This document shows, piece after piece, positions 17,263 through 27,220 of a stretch of 64,000 nucleotides of DNA. Each line of letters begins with the position of its first letter. Position 1 is the stretch's first letter. Source of the stretch: Candidatus Hydrogenedentales bacterium (GTDB taxonomy: Bacteria; Hydrogenedentota; Hydrogenedentia; Hydrogenedentales; SLHB01); the NCBI GenBank assembly GCA_050950105.1, contig JBMNGZ010000005.1, forward strand, positions 320,697 through 384,696, in the 5' to 3' direction. The notes under the pieces were generated by a model. The model saw only the letters and a list, made by a program, of their open reading frames with translations, ran no database searches and was not told the origin of the DNA. The position numbers were made by a program, and so were the translations under genes.

Positions 17263-18860
17263 GTGACTCATTGCGCACATTCCGAGGACCCATCCGCGGG
17301 CGCTTTTCTTCGACGTACCGGGGACGCCGCCGCAGGGGAGTGCCCTTCAAACGCTTCATTTTTATTGTGCTGCTTCTCTTGGCGGGCGCGGGATATTGGA
17401 TTTCCCGCGACACCCATGCCGTGCACAGCCTGATCCCATCAAAACAGAAATACAGCGTGGTGCTGCGAGATATCCTGAAAAACCGCACCACGCTCGCTGA
17501 TTCGGCGGTCTGGGATGCCTTTCCTCCCGAAAGTGGTTCAGGAAAAATCACCCAGGCCCTGCGCGGGGAACTCGGTCTGCCGGAATGGATGGCTCGAAAC
17601 ATCATTGTGGATGATTGTTACATCAGCGGGAACGATCTGCGCGATTTCAACGATGTGCTCTGCGTTACCAAGATGACGCGCATCGGCAGGCTGATCGAAC
17701 AGCTGCATTGGGTGACGTCCAAAATTGGCCGTGATACCGCCGGAGGCCTCGGGCTTCGGCATTTCCATTCGGTGGGTGTGTTTTACGCCGTGCGGGGCCG
17801 TATTCTGCTCATCAGCCCGTCGCGGGATGCGCTGGTCAATGCGCTGACTCTCCAGGATGACGGCCGCCAGACCGAGACCGAGTTTGATCAGGACTTCGAG
17901 AGAATTGCGGGAGAAAATATCGGCGGCACGGTGGCCTTCGCGCTCGACGATCCGCTTGGCGAGATCGTTGAAGATATCCGTTTTCGTTTGAGAATTGACC
18001 ATACCCAGGCCCATCTTAACTGGAACGCCCGGTTGCGCGCCGAGCAGCACACGCATCTTGCGCCCCTGCTGGCGGGAGTATCGCCGGGCACGCTTCTGAT
18101 TCCACCTCCGGGCTTGTTGGCCGTGTCGGGGAATCTGGACAAACCGCTCGGTGAAGTCTGGCAAGCGCTGAGCGCTGCGTTCGGCGGCGGCGACGAGTCC
18201 GGCCTGTCATCCGAAAGTGGCCAAACTCTGGAGGAGACTTCGCCGAAGGATGGGCCGCCCTCTATGGCGCAGCTCCTTGGAATGGTCCTGGGCCCGCTGG
18301 GTCCGGGCTGGCGGATCGCGCTACAGGGCGTCGATCTCAACGAATGGTTCCCCATGCCGGTGTTCGCGGGGACCTTTGACCTTCCACAGGGAACTGCATC
18401 TGATTTTCTTGCCCAGCTTCCTTCGGCTCCGGGCGATGCACAGGCTTGGGAATCCTATCCCCGGTATGACGCAGCTACGGGGACGTTGCGCGTCCCCATG
18501 ATCGCGGGACCGTCGCTGGAACCTACCGCAGCGCCTTACGGCGAAGGACTCCTCGTCTGCAGCAGCGCCTCCCTTGCCGAGGAGATGCTGGCGGCAGAAC
18601 CCGCGCTGCGGCCTCTTGAACAGCGCGGAAATTTCTATATTCGCTTGCAGCCGTCGGCCTGCGCGCAGGCCATCAACGAGACGCTGGAGCTTCTCGTGCG
18701 GGGCAAGATCCTGAAGGAGCAAGTCGTGCAGGATTTTCACGCTGCGTTCGACCCCTGGCTCTACGGGGCGGCGCGGGTGTCGGAAGCCGCCGGTCTGCTT
18801 GCCTATGAGGACGGGGGCGTGACGGCGGACCTGGTCGTGATTTGCGCGCCGGCGAACTAG
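17259..18860 (+). CDS. Hypothetical membrane-anchored protein
   Basis: Basic N-terminus plus one TM helix and a large soluble domain; ATGA overlap with the upstream gene. Confidence 0.7.
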   Translation: MSDSLRTFRGPIRGRFSSTYRGRRRRGVPFKRFIFIVLLLLAGAGYWISRDTHAVHSLIPSKQKYSVVLRDILKNRTTLADSAVWDAFPPESGSGKITQALRGELGLPEWMARNIIVDDCYISGNDLRDFNDVLCVTKMTRIGRLIEQLHWVTSKIGRDTAGGLGLRHFHSVGVFYAVRGRILLISPSRDALVNALTLQDDGRQTETEFDQDFERIAGENIGGTVAFALDDPLGEIVEDIRFRLRIDHTQAHLNWNARLRAEQHTHLAPLLAGVSPGTLLIPPPGLLAVSGNLDKPLGEVWQALSAAFGGGDESGLSSESGQTLEETSPKDGPPSMAQLLGMVLGPLGPGWRIALQGVDLNEWFPMPVFAGTFDLPQGTASDFLAQLPSAPGDAQAWESYPRYDAATGTLRVPMIAGPSLEPTAAPYGEGLLVCSSASLAEEMLAAEPALRPLEQRGNFYIRLQPSACAQAINETLELLVRGKILKEQVVQDFHAAFDPWLYGAARVSEAAGLLAYEDGGVTADLVVICAPAN

Positions 18861-18918
18861 CCCCGGAACGGACCCTTGGCGCCATGGGCTTCCCGTGGCC
18901 TGTGAACGGATGAAGTGA

Positions 18919-19764
18919 ATGCCCGACCACATCAAAGAAGAGACCCCGGACGACGCGGCCAGCCCGGAGACGGAGCTGGTTTCCAACGGCGCTGAGGCCG
19001 TCATTGTGGACGAGGCGACCGAGGGGGTTCTGCGTCTTCATCTGGATATGTTCGAGGGCCCGTTCGAAGTCCTGCTCTATTTAATCAAAGTGCAGGAAAT
19101 CGATATCGTTGACATTCCGATTGTCGCTATCACGGAACAGTACCTCGGCTTTCTGGATTTGATGCGCGAAGAGGATCTGGACGTCACCGGTGAGTTTCTC
19201 CTGATGGCGGCCACTCTCATCCAGATCAAGTCGCGCATGCTCCTCCCGCCCGACCACGACCCGGAAGATGAGGAAGAAGAGTTCGAGGAGGAAGATCCTC
19301 GCATTGAGCTGGTTGAGAAGCTCATCGAGTACCGGCGATACCGTGATGTTGCGGCGCGGCTCGAATATCTCGAAGGCGAACGCGCCCGTTGGTTTATGCG
19401 CAATTCCAAGCCCGAAATTGAGCCGGAAGAAAGCGAAGAGGAAGAACTGCTCGAGGTGACTCTTTTCGACCTCATTGAGGCGTTTCGGGGCGTCGTGCGG
19501 TTTTTCACCGAGGATCTTTTTCATTCGATTCAGACCGAAGAAGTATCGGTAGACGAGAAGATCGAATACATCGAGAATTCACTCAAACGCGATGGCAGCC
19601 TGGCCTGGAACGACCTGCTGGGCCAGTGCCGGAGCCGGGTTGAGCTTGTGTGCTGTTTTCTGGCCATCCTGGAACTGTGCCGGATGGGGCGGCTCCGCGC
19701 GCACCAGCACGGTCCATTTGGCGATATTCGGCTCTTTGCGGCCGGACGGGAGCCGGTCGCATGA
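18919..19764 (+). CDS. scpA: Segregation and condensation protein A (kleisin)
   Basis: LDMFEGPFEVLLYLIK, IPIVAITEQY, EFLLMAATLIQIKSRMLLP, FLAILEL. Confidence 0.93.
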   Translation: MPDHIKEETPDDAASPETELVSNGAEAVIVDEATEGVLRLHLDMFEGPFEVLLYLIKVQEIDIVDIPIVAITEQYLGFLDLMREEDLDVTGEFLLMAATLIQIKSRMLLPPDHDPEDEEEEFEEEDPRIELVEKLIEYRRYRDVAARLEYLEGERARWFMRNSKPEIEPEESEEEELLEVTLFDLIEAFRGVVRFFTEDLFHSIQTEEVSVDEKIEYIENSLKRDGSLAWNDLLGQCRSRVELVCCFLAILELCRMGRLRAHQHGPFGDIRLFAAGREPVA

Positions 19765-20141
19765 ACTGGTGGCCATGGCGCTGGACACGCTCCCTGGGGC
19801 GGCGCGGAGAAGATCTGGCTGCCCGTTTTTTGCGCCGCCAGGGATACTCGATCCTGGGGCGAAACGTCTGTTTCGGCCGGTATGAGATCGATATTATCGC
19901 AGAAACAGAGGATACCGTGGCTTTTGTTGAGGTCAAAACGCGCAGCAGCGACGACCTGGTCGATCCCGAGGAGAACGTCGGCTACCTCAAGCAGCGTCAT
20001 ATCCGCCGGGCTGCCTGGCAGTACATCGATAAGCGCGATGACCCCGACCTGTACTACCGTTTTGATGTTATTGCCGTGTTGATTCCCGAAAACGGAAAAC
20101 CCAATATCCGCCATATACCGGACGCGTTCGGCGACGAATGA
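19761..20141 (+). CDS. yraN: YraN family putative endonuclease (UPF0102)
   Basis: LGRRGEDLAARFL, EIDIIA, FVEVKTR, YRFDVIAV; ATGA overlap with scpA. Confidence 0.9.
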   Translation: MNWWPWRWTRSLGRRGEDLAARFLRRQGYSILGRNVCFGRYEIDIIAETEDTVAFVEVKTRSSDDLVDPEENVGYLKQRHIRRAAWQYIDKRDDPDLYYRFDVIAVLIPENGKPNIRHIPDAFGDE

Positions 20142-20259
20142 ACACAAACCCGGGGGGAAGCCGGCGGCGCAGTGATGCGTTGGAAATTGCCTGAGGTAAA
20201 TGCCTGGAATGTCCTCATTGCCTGAATCGGATGCGCGCATGGAAATTGTAACAGCGGTC

Positions 20260-20973
20260 ATGAAGGCTCCAGAGGCCCTTCTGTTCGACATGGGCGGCGT
20301 ATTGCAGGATGCCAGCGCCACGTGGAATGCGGATACCTGGCTGCGCGGAACGCCGCCGGACCTCGAACGTCCCGAACCCTTCGACTGGTTTGTCGACATG
20401 TCGAGGGATTGTATCGAGCGCTATTTGGCCCTCGAACCACCCCGTCCGGCCACGGATGTTCGCCCCGTCATTGCAGAATGGCTCGAACGAAGCGGCCGGG
20501 ATGCATCGCCCGGGACGGTAGACCGATGGTTTCACCCGATGCTGTGGTGGGAAGTTCAACCCATTTACGAGTTTGTGCGGCCCACGCTTGAACGGTTGCG
20601 CGCGTTGGGTTTCCGAATGGGCGTAATATCCAATACGCTCATGCCCGGAACCGCCCTGCGCGAAAATTTCGCATCTGCGGGGATACTCAAATATTTCGAC
20701 TCGGTGATTTTTTCGGCCGAGGCCGGCATCAATAAGCCCGACCCGCGTATTTTCGGCATGGCCCTGGAGCAGATGGGCGTCCGCCCCGACGCCGCCTGGT
20801 TCGTGGGGGATAAGCCGCAGCGCGACGTTTTGGGCGCCCATCGTGCCGGCCTGACTGCCGTGCTGGTGGACAGTGAACACGCAGCCCGTATCCATGACAG
20901 CCCGGCCCATATGCCGGATCTGCGTCTACGCGATATCGCGGAGCTGCCGGAAGTTTGTGAAGGCCTGCTGTAA
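20260..20973 (+). CDS. HAD-IA family hydrolase
   Basis: FDMGGVL, VISNT, KPDPRIF, VGDKPQRDVLGA. The start could be 20200, 20239 or 20260. Confidence 0.85.
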   Translation: MKAPEALLFDMGGVLQDASATWNADTWLRGTPPDLERPEPFDWFVDMSRDCIERYLALEPPRPATDVRPVIAEWLERSGRDASPGTVDRWFHPMLWWEVQPIYEFVRPTLERLRALGFRMGVISNTLMPGTALRENFASAGILKYFDSVIFSAEAGINKPDPRIFGMALEQMGVRPDAAWFVGDKPQRDVLGAHRAGLTAVLVDSEHAARIHDSPAHMPDLRLRDIAELPEVCEGLL

Positions 20974-21003
20974 AGGTCTCTGAAGCAGGAAGGAGTCAAA
21001 TGC

Positions 21004-21945
21004 ATGAGACGACTTGTTTTGTTTGCAACGATGGGAGTGCTTGCCATGGCTAGTTGCGCTACAACCGCCAGGACCGGCGTACGGGACGCGCGCATTGAGG
21101 TCATCGCCCACCGTGGCGCAAGTGCCAGAGCCCCTGAAAATACCCTCGCCGCGTTTCAACTGGCTCATGAACTGAAAGCCGATTGGTTTGAGCTGGACTG
21201 CACACTGACGAGCGACGGCGAGGTCCTGTGTATCCATGACAGCACGGTCGATCGAACCACGAATGGCAAAGGGGCGGTAGCTGAAATGACCCTTGCCGAG
21301 CTGAAACAATTGGATGCCGGCGCCTGGAAGCATGCCGATTTTGCCGGCGAACGACTTCCTACGCTCGCGGAGTCCCTTGACCTCGCTCGAGGCCGTATCG
21401 GCGTATATATCGAGATAAAGAGCAGCGACAACGACGCGGCGCTTGAGCAGGCCATCCTCGACCGCGCGCGCGACCTGCCCATTCTGTCCCGCGCCGAGGG
21501 AGATGCGATGCTCGCGCTCATGGCCGAGAGTGGCTCGCGTAATTATGAGCTTACCATGAAAGTCATCGATCTGGTGCGGGAACGCCGCATGGAGCAGGAG
21601 ATTGTCATCCAGTCCTTTTCGCCGGTTTGTTGCGCGGTGGCCAAGCTGTCGGCGCCCGATCTGCGGGTGGAATTTCTCAGCGGGCTCAATTCGCAGGAAC
21701 ACGACAAATGGGAGAACGGTGCGCGCTGGGTGTTTCTCCTCGGGCTGGACGGCTGGAACGCGAACGCCGAAGGCATCACCGCCGGCCGTCTTGCCGCCAT
21801 GCAGGCCGCAGGCCGCTCCGTGGCCGTGTGGACGGTCGATGACGTCGATGCCATGCGTCGATTTGTTGCGCTGGGAGTCAATGCCATCATTACCAACCGG
21901 CCCGACGCCGCCTTGGATGTTCTCCACGAAGAGCGCCGGCGCTAA
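21004..21945 (+). CDS. Glycerophosphodiester phosphodiesterase, probable lipoprotein
   Basis: Lipobox-like AMASC; IAHRGAS, ENTLAAF, ELDC, IHD, EIK, VWTVD, IITNRP. Confidence 0.92.
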   Translation: MRRLVLFATMGVLAMASCATTARTGVRDARIEVIAHRGASARAPENTLAAFQLAHELKADWFELDCTLTSDGEVLCIHDSTVDRTTNGKGAVAEMTLAELKQLDAGAWKHADFAGERLPTLAESLDLARGRIGVYIEIKSSDNDAALEQAILDRARDLPILSRAEGDAMLALMAESGSRNYELTMKVIDLVRERRMEQEIVIQSFSPVCCAVAKLSAPDLRVEFLSGLNSQEHDKWENGARWVFLLGLDGWNANAEGITAGRLAAMQAAGRSVAVWTVDDVDAMRRFVALGVNAIITNRPDAALDVLHEERRR

Positions 21946-22263
21946 CGCATTTCCAGCGCTTATCTGACACGCTGGACAAAATGACCGGCTCAGAGCGTCC
22001 CGCTCTCGCGGGGCATGGACCTCTTTGCGGTCCGCACCGCCGCTATGGGCTGCCATCGCGATCAATAACCGGACCCCGTCCGTGAGATTGACGGGCGCAG
22101 AGGAGATCTGTCTCCTGCGTTCCGCGTTGCATCGGATAGATTGCAGGCAGCCCGGCCCATGCGGGCTTGTGGGAATGAAGTCCATTGATTCGCGACGGGG
22201 CGGATACGTCTACCCAATCTCCGCCGGGGCATTGTGAAGGTCTGGGCGATAGCTTTCTGAGCG

Positions 22264-22980
22264 TCAGTCGCCGTCGTTTTGGGCCATTTGCGCACGGGTG
22301 CCGAGCGACTGGAGCAGCTGATCACGTTCTTCCGCCGCGCGGTTAACGCCGCTGAGGGCCGCTTCCTGGATAGCTTCCAGCTCCTCGCGATAGGGTGTTT
22401 CTCTGATCCCGAACTTTTCCAGAAGTTCCCCGTATTTTCTTCGCATCGCCCCGGCTATAAGCCCTTTGACGCGATGGCCCAATTTTCGTGCGGGACTCCC
22501 TCCCCAGACCTCCATGGGCGCGACGTCTTTGGTCACGAGGCTATTCGGTGCGATCACGGCCCCATCGCCGATGGCAACCCCCGGCCCGATGTAACACCGG
22601 CTTGCAATCATCACGCAGTGCCCAATCACGATGGGTTCCGCGATATGTGGCGTCAGACGCCAATGCTCTGCCGTGCCGTAGATTAAGTGGTTCGTGTCCC
22701 GCACCACGGTAAATTCAGCCATACCCGTATATTTGCCCATCACAATGGCGGTGGTTGCCTCAAAGACGCAGTAGAAGCTGATCCCAGAGCGGTCACCGAT
22801 GAGGATTCGCCCCCCTTTGTGTGTGCGCATGATCGTGCCTTCGCGAATCTTGACCAGATCTCCCAGTTCCACGTGCCCGTCGATCAGCAGCTGCTTTCCA
22901 TGGAAGCGGCATCCTTTTCCTGCCGACGCGAATTTGCGTCGATGTTTCCACGTGCGATATTGGCGCACAAGATTTCGCAT
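22264..22980 (-). CDS. Hexapeptide-repeat (LbH) acyltransferase with C-terminal helical extension
   Basis: PIVIGHCVMIASRCYIGPGVAIGDGAVIAPNSLVTKDV...WGGSPAR; ATG 22980 with GGAG SD. Confidence 0.85.
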   Translation of the reverse strand: MRNLVRQYRTWKHRRKFASAGKGCRFHGKQLLIDGHVELGDLVKIREGTIMRTHKGGRILIGDRSGISFYCVFEATTAIVMGKYTGMAEFTVVRDTNHLIYGTAEHWRLTPHIAEPIVIGHCVMIASRCYIGPGVAIGDGAVIAPNSLVTKDVAPMEVWGGSPARKLGHRVKGLIAGAMRRKYGELLEKFGIRETPYREELEAIQEAALSGVNRAAEERDQLLQSLGTRAQMAQNDGD

Positions 22981-23258
22981 GAGTGACTCCTTCTTTGGCG
23001 CCCAGTATATCCATGTCTTCCGGAGCACACAACGGCACTGGCAGTCGGGCACGTTGGGCGCCCCGCAGGAGGAAGACTCGGCGCAGTTCTGTGCCGGAAA
23101 ACCGTGGCACAAAGGCCCTCGCAGCCACCGGGTAATTTGTCTGGAAGCAACTCTTTTGGTATGCTAGTGCGGATATGTCTGTGGGGGGGTGATTCGTCAA
23201 TATAGGGGGGATGGTATAGCGGGGCCCAAGGTTGTACAGTACAGTGAAAACGAGACAG

Positions 23259-24239
23259 ATGAATCTTGATCGCAGCTACACCGAGGCCGTGTTTTCGGTA
23301 GATTCTCCCGCGGTAGTTCACACGAACCCGGGGGAACATGATGAAAAACGGTATCCGACTCGGGTGCGGGGGTGGCACGCTGGGAATTACGTGCTGTTGG
23401 ATCGCCCGATGACTGAAGACGCCGCAGAGTTGACGGTCAAGTCGCAGCGTTGTCTGCTTCGCTTTGTGTCGGAGGGGCGCGCCTGCGGGTTTCCCTGCAC
23501 GATCTTCAAGAACAGCGACGCCACCACGCCCTATTTGCGCGTTTCATGGCCGCGCAAGCTCGAATGCGTGGACATCCGAAAGCACCAGCGCGTGCAAATC
23601 CGCATACCATGCAAGATCACGTGCGCGGGCCAACCGGACCTGGCCGGAGAGACGGCCGACTTGAGCCAGGGCGGATGCGGCATCTGGACGGAAACACGCC
23701 TTGCCGTGAACACCGCCGTTCAGCTTTCGTTTGGCCTGCCTGACGGCAGCACGATCTCCGGCGCGCGGGCCACGGTGCGTAATGTGCGCTCCATTGATAA
23801 TGGCTTTCTTTCAGGGTGCATGTTCGACGAAGATGAGCCCGCATGCGCCGTCTGCGATTTTTTTGTTACCACCACGATCGAACGCACGCGCGGCTGCAGG
23901 AATAAGAAACGCGCGTTGCTGCTCGAAGGCGAGAACGACCGAGCCGAGCTTGCGCGCGCCAAGCTCCAGAGCAAAGGGTATCACGTAATCCGGGTGACCT
24001 GTCTGGTAGACGCTTTTTTCAGCCTGCGCATGGCCTTCCCCAGCTGCCTGTGGATGGGCGCTGCGCAGGCCCAGATCCCCGTCAACGAGATCTGCCGTAT
24101 CCTGCGCGAAACCAACGGCCTGGCTTCCCTGCCCATCTACGTTGTCGGCACGATCAGCGACGATATTGCCAACGATCTCAAGCGCCTGGACGTCGCCAGC
24201 GCGTCGTCTCCGGACGACATGGACCGGCTCCTCGCCTGA
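23259..24239 (+). CDS. Flagellar-brake-like N-terminal domain + PilZ + pseudo-receiver domain
   Basis: PilZ RKHQR and DLSQGG motifs; C-terminal REC-like fold lacking the phospho-acceptor Asp. Confidence 0.75.
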   Translation: MNLDRSYTEAVFSVDSPAVVHTNPGEHDEKRYPTRVRGWHAGNYVLLDRPMTEDAAELTVKSQRCLLRFVSEGRACGFPCTIFKNSDATTPYLRVSWPRKLECVDIRKHQRVQIRIPCKITCAGQPDLAGETADLSQGGCGIWTETRLAVNTAVQLSFGLPDGSTISGARATVRNVRSIDNGFLSGCMFDEDEPACAVCDFFVTTTIERTRGCRNKKRALLLEGENDRAELARAKLQSKGYHVIRVTCLVDAFFSLRMAFPSCLWMGAAQAQIPVNEICRILRETNGLASLPIYVVGTISDDIANDLKRLDVASASSPDDMDRLLA

Positions 24240-24250
24240 GCCCGTGGGGC

Positions 24251-25378
24251 TCACAGTAGCCGCAATGCAACGCAGGTCAGGTAGGCTGTCTCCGGCATGG
24301 CGATCGACACGGGATGATCCGAGGCCGCTCCCCGCATTTCGACAAGCCACAGGTCGCGCCGCGCGGCGCGTGCTGCGCGGGTGAGTGTTTCCAGAAATAC
24401 ATCCGCGCCCACAAAATGTGAACAGGATGAGGTAATCAGCCATCCTTCCGGGGCGAGCGCTTCCATCGCCAGGCGGTTCAGGGCAAGGTAGGCCCCCAAT
24501 GCTTTGCGCATCTGCCCACGCGTCTTGGCGAGGGCGGGCGGGTCCAGCAGGATGACGTCGAAAGGCCCGTCTTCGAGGAGCGTATCCCGGACGTCCCTGC
24601 ACTGGAAGTGGCAGCGCTCTTCAACCTGGTTCAAGCGGGCGTTCTGCCGAGCCAGATCGAGCGCCGCGGCTGAAGTATCGACGCCGATGACCTGTTTCGC
24701 ACCCCAGCATGCGGCCGAGACCCCCCAGAGCCCGGTGTAGCAGTGCCCATCCATTATCCGGGCGTCCCGCGCCAGATTGCGGAGCAGGAGGACGTTTTCA
24801 CGCTGATCGAGGAACATCCCGGTCTTCTGCCCTCGGTCGACATCGACCAGAAAACGGACGTCGTTCATGGCCAGCTCGACAGGAGAAAGGGCCTCTCCGA
24901 AGTGGGTCACGTGGCCGCTGGTTTCGAAGCGAACGCCCGCGACGCCCGGGACTTCCAGGAATGCCGCCGCGATGGCCTTGGCGTGCTGCGCGTAAAACAC
25001 GCTGGCCGCCTGCACGGAGACCACGCGATCATAGCGATCGGCCACAAAACCGGGCAGGCCGTCGCTTTCCGCGTGCACCCAGCGGTAGACCGTTGAATCG
25101 CCGAATCGTTGCTCGCGGTAGCGTCTGGCGCGGTGAATGCGGGCGCGGAGCAGCGCCGCGTCGACGGGCTTGTCCTCCAGCGTCAACAGGCGCACGGCGA
25201 TACCACCGGCCGCCTGGAAAAAACCGCGTCCAAGAAAGCGGCCGCCGTCCGTGCGCACGTCGACCAGAGCGCCATCTTCCGCGTTTGGCAGCGCGGCGAA
25301 CTCATTGCGGTAGGCCCAGCGGTGTCCACGGAGGAGCCGCCGCTCTTCTTTCGGTTTCAGCGTGGCGGTGTGCGGCAT
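24251..25378 (-). CDS. rlmI: RlmI/YccW-like class I SAM-dependent rRNA methyltransferase
   Basis: PUA-like start (GHRWAY), ESDGLPG, GQKTGMFLDQREN, DGHCYTG, DVILLDPPA, SSCS. Confidence 0.85.
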   Translation of the reverse strand: MPHTATLKPKEERRLLRGHRWAYRNEFAALPNAEDGALVDVRTDGGRFLGRGFFQAAGGIAVRLLTLEDKPVDAALLRARIHRARRYREQRFGDSTVYRWVHAESDGLPGFVADRYDRVVSVQAASVFYAQHAKAIAAAFLEVPGVAGVRFETSGHVTHFGEALSPVELAMNDVRFLVDVDRGQKTGMFLDQRENVLLLRNLARDARIMDGHCYTGLWGVSAACWGAKQVIGVDTSAAALDLARQNARLNQVEERCHFQCRDVRDTLLEDGPFDVILLDPPALAKTRGQMRKALGAYLALNRLAMEALAPEGWLITSSCSHFVGADVFLETLTRAARAARRDLWLVEMRGAASDHPVSIAMPETAYLTCVALRLL

Positions 25379-25441
25379 GGCATGTCTTTCATCGCAGCGG
25401 ATTTCGCGCTTGCGCCGCCGCGTGGTTTTGTCTTGTGGATT

Positions 25442-26656
25442 CTATGGTTGTCCGGCGCGTATCTCGTCGATGCGGGCTGCCGCGGCGTCGAGGGCTTCCT
25501 GGGGCGTCAAGCGGGCGCTCAGAGCCTGGTACATGGCCTCGCGGATGGTCATCCCGATTTCCTCCCATTGAATGAGCGGGATGGTCCGGCCATGCGGGAT
25601 CACATCAACGAAGACCTTCCAGTGCGGGTCATCCTGAAAATGGGGCGCCTGGGCGACCGTTTTCTTCTCAGGAATCAAGCCGAGCGTGGTGTACGCCAGC
25701 CGCTGGTCGTCGCGGTAGGCAATCTCAATGAAGCGCCGGGCCAGCTCTTTTCGGGGAGAATAGCGCATCAACACCAGGTGATCGGTGATGATCTGGGTCA
25801 CCGGCTCCTTATCGACCGGCAAGGGCACTACCCCGAATTGAAGCCCGGGGGCATTTTTACGGCATTGTTCAATTCCCCAGGGCCCGGTCGCAAACATCGC
25901 CAGGCGGCCCTGTTCAAACAGCCGCCGGGTCTCTTTCCGGGTCCAGGTGGTCAATTCCGGTTGGGTGACTTGATGCTTGTTCGCCAGATCGACGTAGAAT
26001 TGCAGGGCCTTGACGCCTGCATCACTGTTCAGAGTGCACGTACCGTCCGTATCAAAGAATTCGCCGCCCGCCGACCAGAAATAGAAGAACAGATTGTCGT
26101 CCGTCTCGTATTCGGGTTTTCCGGGCAGTCCCAGGCCGTACAGACGCGGCGGATCGTTCAGCGCGACCGCCACGCCCAATTGCTCTTCCCAGGTTTTCGG
26201 CGGATTGATGCCCGCGGCTTCAAACAGATCCGTGCGGTAGAAGAGCGCTTTGGTCGACGTTGCCCAGACAAGTCCCAGCAACGCGTCTTGATAGACTCCT
26301 TTGTTGTACAGAACCGGATAGAAGGCGTCTTTCAATTCGGGGTGGACCCAGGGCTCCATCGGTTCGAAATACGGCGCATATTCGGCCAGCCAGATGTCCG
26401 CGACCACGACGAGGTCGGGTCCCCGCCCATCTTTCCCCCATTGGCCAATGGCGTCGTGGGCATGATCCCATTTTTCGAACGAGATGCGAACCGGTTCTCC
26501 GATTTCCGTTGAGGCCAGCTGAGCCAGCTGTTCCAGATATTCTTGCTCGCCCGGCATGTCGTACGACCACACCTGAACCCAAAGGCCGGCCTCCTGAGCA
26601 AAACCCAGAGCCGGTCCCACGAGTACGGCGACTCCCAGGATGAACATTTTTCTCAT
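25442..26656 (-). CDS. Sugar ABC transporter substrate-binding protein (family 1)
   Basis: Signal peptide; PDLVVV, ALFYRTDLFEAAGI, PKTWEE, FEQGRLAMFATGPW. Confidence 0.85.
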   Translation of the reverse strand: MRKMFILGVAVLVGPALGFAQEAGLWVQVWSYDMPGEQEYLEQLAQLASTEIGEPVRISFEKWDHAHDAIGQWGKDGRGPDLVVVADIWLAEYAPYFEPMEPWVHPELKDAFYPVLYNKGVYQDALLGLVWATSTKALFYRTDLFEAAGINPPKTWEEQLGVAVALNDPPRLYGLGLPGKPEYETDDNLFFYFWSAGGEFFDTDGTCTLNSDAGVKALQFYVDLANKHQVTQPELTTWTRKETRRLFEQGRLAMFATGPWGIEQCRKNAPGLQFGVVPLPVDKEPVTQIITDHLVLMRYSPRKELARRFIEIAYRDDQRLAYTTLGLIPEKKTVAQAPHFQDDPHWKVFVDVIPHGRTIPLIQWEEIGMTIREAMYQALSARLTPQEALDAAAARIDEIRAGQP

Positions 26657-27141
26657 TGGATTTCCTCTTTTCTTGGTTGCGCGGCCAGCGCGTCCCCAGT
26701 TCCATGCCTGCCATCTTATCGTTCCCGGCTCGGGTAGAGCAACGCGGCGTTCGGGTGAGGCGTTCGCTGTGATTTTGCCGGCGCCTGCGTGTCAAGCGCC
26801 GGATGCCATTCATGCGCTTGCCTGGGTGAGTTTTGCAGCATTTTTTGGCCGAGTTTGGGTTAATATGGCTTTTTCGTGCGTAAACTGTGGATTGGCATCT
26901 AATTGGGGGGAAAGGGGCCAAAAGAAGGCTGCTCTGGAAGCGATTCGCGCGGATCGACTTTTTTGGCGCTGGGGGCAACAAGGCTGGAACTGCCGGTTGG
27001 TATGCGGCCTATACTGTGCTTTCGGTGTTTTTCAGGTGAATATATCCAAGAGGATACCGTCAGTATTTTTTGAGACTTATGGAGTATGCGCGCTGGAAAA
27101 TCGAGAAAGACCGGTGCGCCGCCAAGGTTTTTAGATGTTTT

Positions 27142-27170
27142 TTGGACTCGACGGCGCGGCATGTTATAAT
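27142..27170 (+). promoter_or_regulatory. Sigma70 promoter with perfect extended -10
   Basis: TTGGAC-17 nt-TATAAT preceded by TGt. Confidence 0.7.
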
Positions 27171-27220
27171 TTCGTGACTGTTCTGTACTGTTTTGCAGGG
27201 TTGGATGCGAGGTATTCTGA

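Noticed and set aside
26725-26790. GGTAGAGCA resembling a tRNA D-arm
   Set aside because: No acceptor stem, anticodon arm or GTTCRA T-loop can be built.
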